Source: Bacteroidales bacterium
GTDB lineage: Bacteria > Bacteroidota > Bacteroidia > Bacteroidales > UBA11471
DNA length: 64,000 nt
Direction of reading: 5' to 3'
NCBI GenBank assembly: GCA_045606385.1
Contig: JAZURX010000011.1
Span: 37,680-101,679 of the forward strand
The stretch's first letter is position 1; every line of letters begins with the position of its first letter. Under the pieces are notes generated by a model. It was given only the letters and a program-made list of their open reading frames with translations. It was not told where the DNA came from and searched no databases. The position numbers and the translations under genes are program-made. Positions 59,428 to 64,000 of this stretch are shown one piece after another.

Positions 59428-60357
59428 ATGGCATACACCCTACCCTCTCGTCGCGAATCGATAGTAATGTTCGGCTGTGTAGCCACATTTTTACTGCTTA
59501 CAGGCATATTTATAGGTTTCCGCCCCGAGCATATATTTTTGGCAGCACTCTATATAGTACTATTCTATGCCTCGTCATATACTCGCAAACTATCGATTGC
59601 CCTACTACCATTCACCATCTTTGCCGTATCGTATGACTGGATGCGTATCGTACCCAATTATATGGTAAACGACATAGATGTTGCCGGACTGTACAATGCC
59701 GAAATAAGCTACTTTGGAATAACCATAGATGGCATAAAACAGACGCTTTGCGAGTATTTTGCCAACCATCATTGGTCTGTTGCCGATTTCTTTGCCGGTA
59801 TATTCTACCTATGCTGGGTACCCGTTCCCGTGTTGTTCGGAGTAGCACTATATATACAAGGGCGTAAGGAATTGGCACTACGTTTTGCCATTGTATTCTT
59901 GCTTGTCAACCTCATAGGATTTGCCGGATACTATATATACCCGGCTGCTCCGCCTTGGTATGCTATACAATATGGTTTCGAACCGATACTTGGAACACCC
60001 GGCAATGTAGCAGGATTGGGTAGATTTGATGCCATGGTGGGAATGGATATTTTCGCCCCCATGTACGGTCGTAATGCCAATGTATTTGCTGCCGTCCCTT
60101 CGCTCCACTCGGCCTATATGCCGGTAGCATTCACCTACGCATTGATAGGCGGTTGTAAGAAATGGGTTATTACACTGTTCAGTATCATCATGGTGGGAAT
60201 ATGGTTTACCGCTGTATATTCAGGGCATCACTACGTAATAGATGTATTGCTGGGCATAGTATGCGCCGGAGCCGGCATACTACTATTCGAGCAAGGGCTT
60301 ATGCACATACCCTCATTCCGTCGCTTTATAGCACGTTACACTGCATACGTATCGTGA
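59428..60357 (+). CDS. Inositol phosphorylceramide synthase-like protein (AUR1/PAP2 family)
   Basis: YPAAPPWY, FAAVPSLH, VYSGHHYVID. Confidence 0.85.
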   Translation: MAYTLPSRRESIVMFGCVATFLLLTGIFIGFRPEHIFLAALYIVLFYASSYTRKLSIALLPFTIFAVSYDWMRIVPNYMVNDIDVAGLYNAEISYFGITIDGIKQTLCEYFANHHWSVADFFAGIFYLCWVPVPVLFGVALYIQGRKELALRFAIVFLLVNLIGFAGYYIYPAAPPWYAIQYGFEPILGTPGNVAGLGRFDAMVGMDIFAPMYGRNANVFAAVPSLHSAYMPVAFTYALIGGCKKWVITLFSIIMVGIWFTAVYSGHHYVIDVLLGIVCAGAGILLFEQGLMHIPSFRRFIARYTAYVS

Positions 60358-60559
60358 TAATTTTTAAATTTAACATGACAAAGAACGTCGGGAATTTTTC
60401 AAATCCTCGGCGTTTTTATCTTGCTCCAATCTCTATTTTATCAAGAGCTACTAACTTTTCACCAATTGGTGATAGTATAACTATCCTTTCGATAAAGAAA
60501 ACATAGGAGGCTAATGGAAAAAGAAAGCGAGAACTAAAAACCATACACATACAGATCTT

Positions 60560-61858
60560 CTAAGAATAGCGACGAGGCAATCTCAAAAGAATAGCCAATA
60601 AAGCAGATACCCCCAACAACAACGGATAGTATAGATACGACATAATAGAAAGCGGTGAGAGATGCGTAAGTCCCGCAGCAATAAGCAACTGAGCGCCATA
60701 AGGTATAAGACCTTGCACCATACATGAGAAGGTGTCGAGTATCGAAGCCGTCTTACGTGCGTCGAGTTGATATTTGCGAGTTATGTCACGCGCTATAGGG
60801 CCGGTCGTGATGATAGCTATGGTATTATTGGCCGTGCAGAGATTAGCCAACGAGACGAGGCTCGCTATACTCAATTCGGCCCAACGTTTACTGCCAACAC
60901 GAGCCGTAAGCCGAGATATGATAAAGTCGATTCCTCCATTGTATCGTATGAGTTCGAGCAAACCACCGGCGAGCAGAGTAACAATAATGAGTTCACCCAT
61001 GCCGGTAATACCCTCACCCATGGCAGACAGACACTGTAAGAAATCATATGCACCGCTAAGCATACCTACAATCATAGCCGTAACAATACCCAAGGTGAGT
61101 ACAACCATTACATTAACACCCATCACAGCCGTTGCTAATACCACAACATAGGGAATTACTTTAAACCACTCCACATTGTCGGGAACGGCAATAGTATCGA
61201 GCCTATAACCTACTACAGTATAATAGACAAGCAAAATGAGAGTCGCGGGGAGAACGATACGCACATTTACCCTGAATTTATCCTTCATTTCACACATCTG
61301 AGTACGTGTGGCAGCAATTGTAGTATCAGAGATAAAAGACAAATTATCTCCGAAAAACGCACCTCCGACAACAATCGCCACAGTGTATGCCAACTCTACT
61401 CCCACCGTTTCGGAAATGCCAACAGCTACCGGGACAAGAGCCACAATAGTACCGACTGATGTTCCTACCGAAAGCGAAATAAAACATGAAGCCACAAATA
61501 TACCGACAAGCAAAAAATGGTCGGGCAACAACATAAGCGTAAGATTTACCGTTGCATCGATAGCCCCCATCGCTTTGGCCGAACTGGCAAATGCGCCTGC
61601 GAGCACAAATATCCATATCATCGTAAGGATATTTTTATCTGAAGCTCCAATCGAAAATCGAGCAATACGTTCGCTCAAAGATATACCGCGTGTCATACAT
61701 ACCGCTACAATCGAAGCCACCACAAAGGCCACAGTGATAGGCACGGCATAGAAATCATTTACCTATATCGAAACGATAAGATATACGCTTAGAAATACAA
61801 ACAACGGCACAAGAGCTAAAAATCCTTGACGACGAGATGATAGGTTATTCTCACCCAT
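60560..61858 (-). pseudogene. NhaC-family transporter interrupted by an in-frame TAG at codon 32
   Basis: ATG 61858 gives MGENNLSSRRQGFLALVPLFVFLSVYLIVSI*VNDFYAVPITVAF, continuing in frame into the 394-aa ORF (GTSVGT, GAFFGDNLSFISDTT). Confidence 0.75.
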
Positions 61859-61878
61859 AAGTTATGATAGATTATGAT

Positions 61879-61920
61879 AAAAATATACCCGCCCAATCAA
61901 TCGTGTATGATACGGGCGGG
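61879..61920 (-). terminator. Terminator-like hairpin after the decarboxylase beta subunit
   Basis: CCCGCCC / GGGCGGG stem followed by TATATTTTT on the minus strand. Confidence 0.55.
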
Positions 61921-61940
61921 CATATATGATACAAGAGATA

Positions 61941-63098
61941 TTATCCGAGGAATCCGAGCAAGATACCGGCAGCGACAGCCGAGCCAATAACACCGGCCAC
62001 ATTGGGCCCCATGGCGTGCATCAACAGATAATTAGACGAGTCGTATTCAAGACCTACTGTTTGTGAAATACGAGCCGAATCGGGTACTGCCGATACACCT
62101 GCATTACCAATAAGCGGATTGATTTTGTTATCTTTCTTCAAGAAGATATTAAATATCTTAACAAACAATACACCGGTAGCTGTCGCAATTACAAACGAGA
62201 CGGCACCAAGTATAAATATCTTCACCGAATTGGCAGTAAGGAACTGTGAAGCTTGTGTCGATGCGCCAACAGTAACTCCCAACAAAATGGTGATGACATC
62301 GATAAGCGGGCCACGGGCTGTCTCGGCCAAACGACGGGTAACACCACTCTCTTTGAGGAGATTTCCAAAGAACAGCATACCCAATAAAGGAAGACCGGAG
62401 GGAACAAAGAAACAAGTAAGTAACAGACCTACGATAGGGAATATAATCTTTTCGGTTTGTGATACAACGCGTGGAGGACGCATACGGATAAGACGTTCTT
62501 TCTTAGTCGTGAGCAATCGCATAATAGGCGGCTGTATAACCGGTACCAGAGCCATATAGGAGTATGCCGATATGGCAATAGCACCCATGAGGTTCGGAGC
62601 CAATTTCGACGACAAGAATATTGCCGTCGGGCCATCGGCGCCACCGATAATAGCGGTAGCGGCAGCCTGGCTGGGGTCGAAACCTATAGCCAAAGCAATG
62701 GCGTATGCTCCAAAGATACCAAATTGAGCTGCAGCACCGATAAGCATCAACTTAGGATTGGATATAAGCGCCGAGAAATCAGTCATAGCTCCGATACCCA
62801 GGAAAATGAGCGGAGGATACCAACCCTGTACCACACCTTGATATAGGATATTGAGCACCGAGCCTTCTTCGTATATACCCAGTTGCAACCCTGCATCTTT
62901 GAAGGGTATATTACCTATAAGAATACCAAATCCGATGGGTATAAGCAACATCGGCTCAAACTCCTTGGCTACAGCCAAATAGATAAAGAAACAGCCGATT
63001 ATTATCATCAACAAGTTTCCTAACTCTACATTATAAAAACCTGTATAGGTAAGAAATTCCTGAATATTCTCGCCTAAGAATGTTAAAACGTCACCCAT
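61941..63098 (-). CDS. oadB: Na+-translocating decarboxylase beta subunit (OadB/MmdB)
   Basis: FEPMLLIPIGFG, IIGGADGPT, GVSAVP, HAMGPNVAGVIGS. Confidence 0.93.
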   Translation of the reverse strand: MGDVLTFLGENIQEFLTYTGFYNVELGNLLMIIIGCFFIYLAVAKEFEPMLLIPIGFGILIGNIPFKDAGLQLGIYEEGSVLNILYQGVVQGWYPPLIFLGIGAMTDFSALISNPKLMLIGAAAQFGIFGAYAIALAIGFDPSQAAATAIIGGADGPTAIFLSSKLAPNLMGAIAISAYSYMALVPVIQPPIMRLLTTKKERLIRMRPPRVVSQTEKIIFPIVGLLLTCFFVPSGLPLLGMLFFGNLLKESGVTRRLAETARGPLIDVITILLGVTVGASTQASQFLTANSVKIFILGAVSFVIATATGVLFVKIFNIFLKKDNKINPLIGNAGVSAVPDSARISQTVGLEYDSSNYLLMHAMGPNVAGVIGSAVAAGILLGFLG

Positions 63099-63105
63099 AA
63101 TTTAA

Positions 63106-63534
63106 TTATCCAATAACTACAATATCATCTCCTTCAAGAACTGAATCGCCTTTGCTTACTTTTATTTCGGTTACTGTACCATCTTGCGTGGCAGCTATGG
63201 TATTTTCCATCTTCATGGCTTCGAGCACAGCTACTTTTTGACCGGACTTCACTACATCGCCGACTTTTACATTGATTTCAAGAATTACACCGGGCAGCGG
63301 AGAACGTACTGCACCTGTCGCGCCTACAGTCGGACGACTTACCACCGGTGCACCTATAGGCGTAACGGGTGCAGCTTGCGGACGAGTAAGTGGCTTAATT
63401 TGTTTTTTTGCAGGTTTATCAAGTTCTACTTTATAGGGCGTTCCATTCACCTCTACAGTAGCAATGTTATCTTCTATCCGATTGATATTTACGGTATAGA
63501 GATTACCATTGATTTTATATTTATACTCTTTCAT
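63106..63534 (-). CDS. Biotin carboxyl carrier subunit of the decarboxylase
   Basis: Pro/Ala-rich linker, SPLPG, biotinylation motif LEAMKMEN. Confidence 0.92.
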   Translation of the reverse strand: MKEYKYKINGNLYTVNINRIEDNIATVEVNGTPYKVELDKPAKKQIKPLTRPQAAPVTPIGAPVVSRPTVGATGAVRSPLPGVILEINVKVGDVVKSGQKVAVLEAMKMENTIAATQDGTVTEIKVSKGDSVLEGDDIVVIG

Positions 63535-63552
63535 GTGTTCTTATTTTTTTGA

Positions 63553-64000
63553 TTATTTTCTTTGAGGAATTTGTCGCATACCATAGATTTTGGAGCTCCA
63601 TGGAGAGTAACTGCGTTTTACTTGTTTCATGGTGAGAATCGTATCTTCATAATCATGATCGGCTCCTTGATGCTCGTACAAGGCCATAGAGATCGCAGTC
63701 AATACCTCTCCGGGTACTCCGGCTTCTTTAGCTTCGGAAATAGTAGTTGCCGCACCGGATTGCATCGCACGACGCGCACTAATAAAAACAGATATTTTTC
63801 CGACACCTTTGAACGCCAAGAACAAGAGTATTAATGCCACAAAAACTACAGACATCGCAGTGATTGCCATAGAAACTCCATCGGGGTCATGCTCGGAAAA
63901 ACGGTCGACTTTTGGATTTGAATTTTCGACATAATTTGCCGCCTCAGGCGTGGGATTTTGCAATACATTTCTCTCTTTCATACCATCTCGCACTGCGCCC
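63553..64000 (-). CDS. OadG/MmdD-family decarboxylase subunit (partial, 5' end beyond the window)
   Basis: TM segment AMSVVFVALILL, AISMAL, SPWSSKIY; frame stays open to the window edge. Confidence 0.8.
   Translation of the reverse strand, partial: GAVRDGMKERNVLQNPTPEAANYVENSNPKVDRFSEHDPDGVSMAITAMSVVFVALILLFLAFKGVGKISVFISARRAMQSGAATTISEAKEAGVPGEVLTAISMALYEHQGADHDYEDTILTMKQVKRSYSPWSSKIYGMRQIPQRK

Noticed and set aside
61763..61765. Genome-wide TAG recoding or pyrrolysine insertion
   Set aside because: TAG ends gdhA, rpiB, cobB and the thioesterase at their expected C-termini, and no pyl genes are in the window.
1..64000. CRISPR array, tRNA/rRNA genes, IS elements, integrases, prophage or defence systems
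   Set aside because: By eye I found no spaced direct repeats, tRNA T-arm signatures in cloverleaf context, or transposase, recombinase or phage motifs.

Overview
Chromosomal segment of a Bacteroidales bacterium. The evidence is TAnnTTTG -7 promoters, AT-rich start regions without Shine-Dalgarno sequences, and Bacteroides-like gene order. It is mostly housekeeping: ychF, rnpA, rplY, pth, ilvE, lptD-like, galE, perR-rbr, rpiB, asmA-like, pstSCAB, two tamL genes around tamB, cobB, sdaA, two FKBPs, gdhA, aroA-znuB-like-porW-porX-tsaE, ilvDBN-thioesterase-ilvC, an inositol-lipid gene cluster, a NhaC-family gene and the Na+-translocating decarboxylase subunits. One secreted pectate lyase carries a T9SS-type tail. 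I found no tRNA, rRNA, CRISPR array, IS element, integrase or prophage. The best-supported unannotated element is a complete Ile/Leu/Val leader-peptide attenuator upstream of ilvD, too short for the ORF track. Other points of interest are a YidD-TatD fusion, an inositol-lipid operon with no MIPS gene, a possible zinc link (CCxxHxxC protein + orphan ZnuB + PorW + PorX), a PerR lacking the Cys4 zinc site with a candidate operator, a candidate L25 leader RNA, an EF-hand loop in PstS, a probable leaderless GNAT mRNA and two disrupted genes. I see no clearly new multi-gene system. All product calls come from motif recognition, not database searches.
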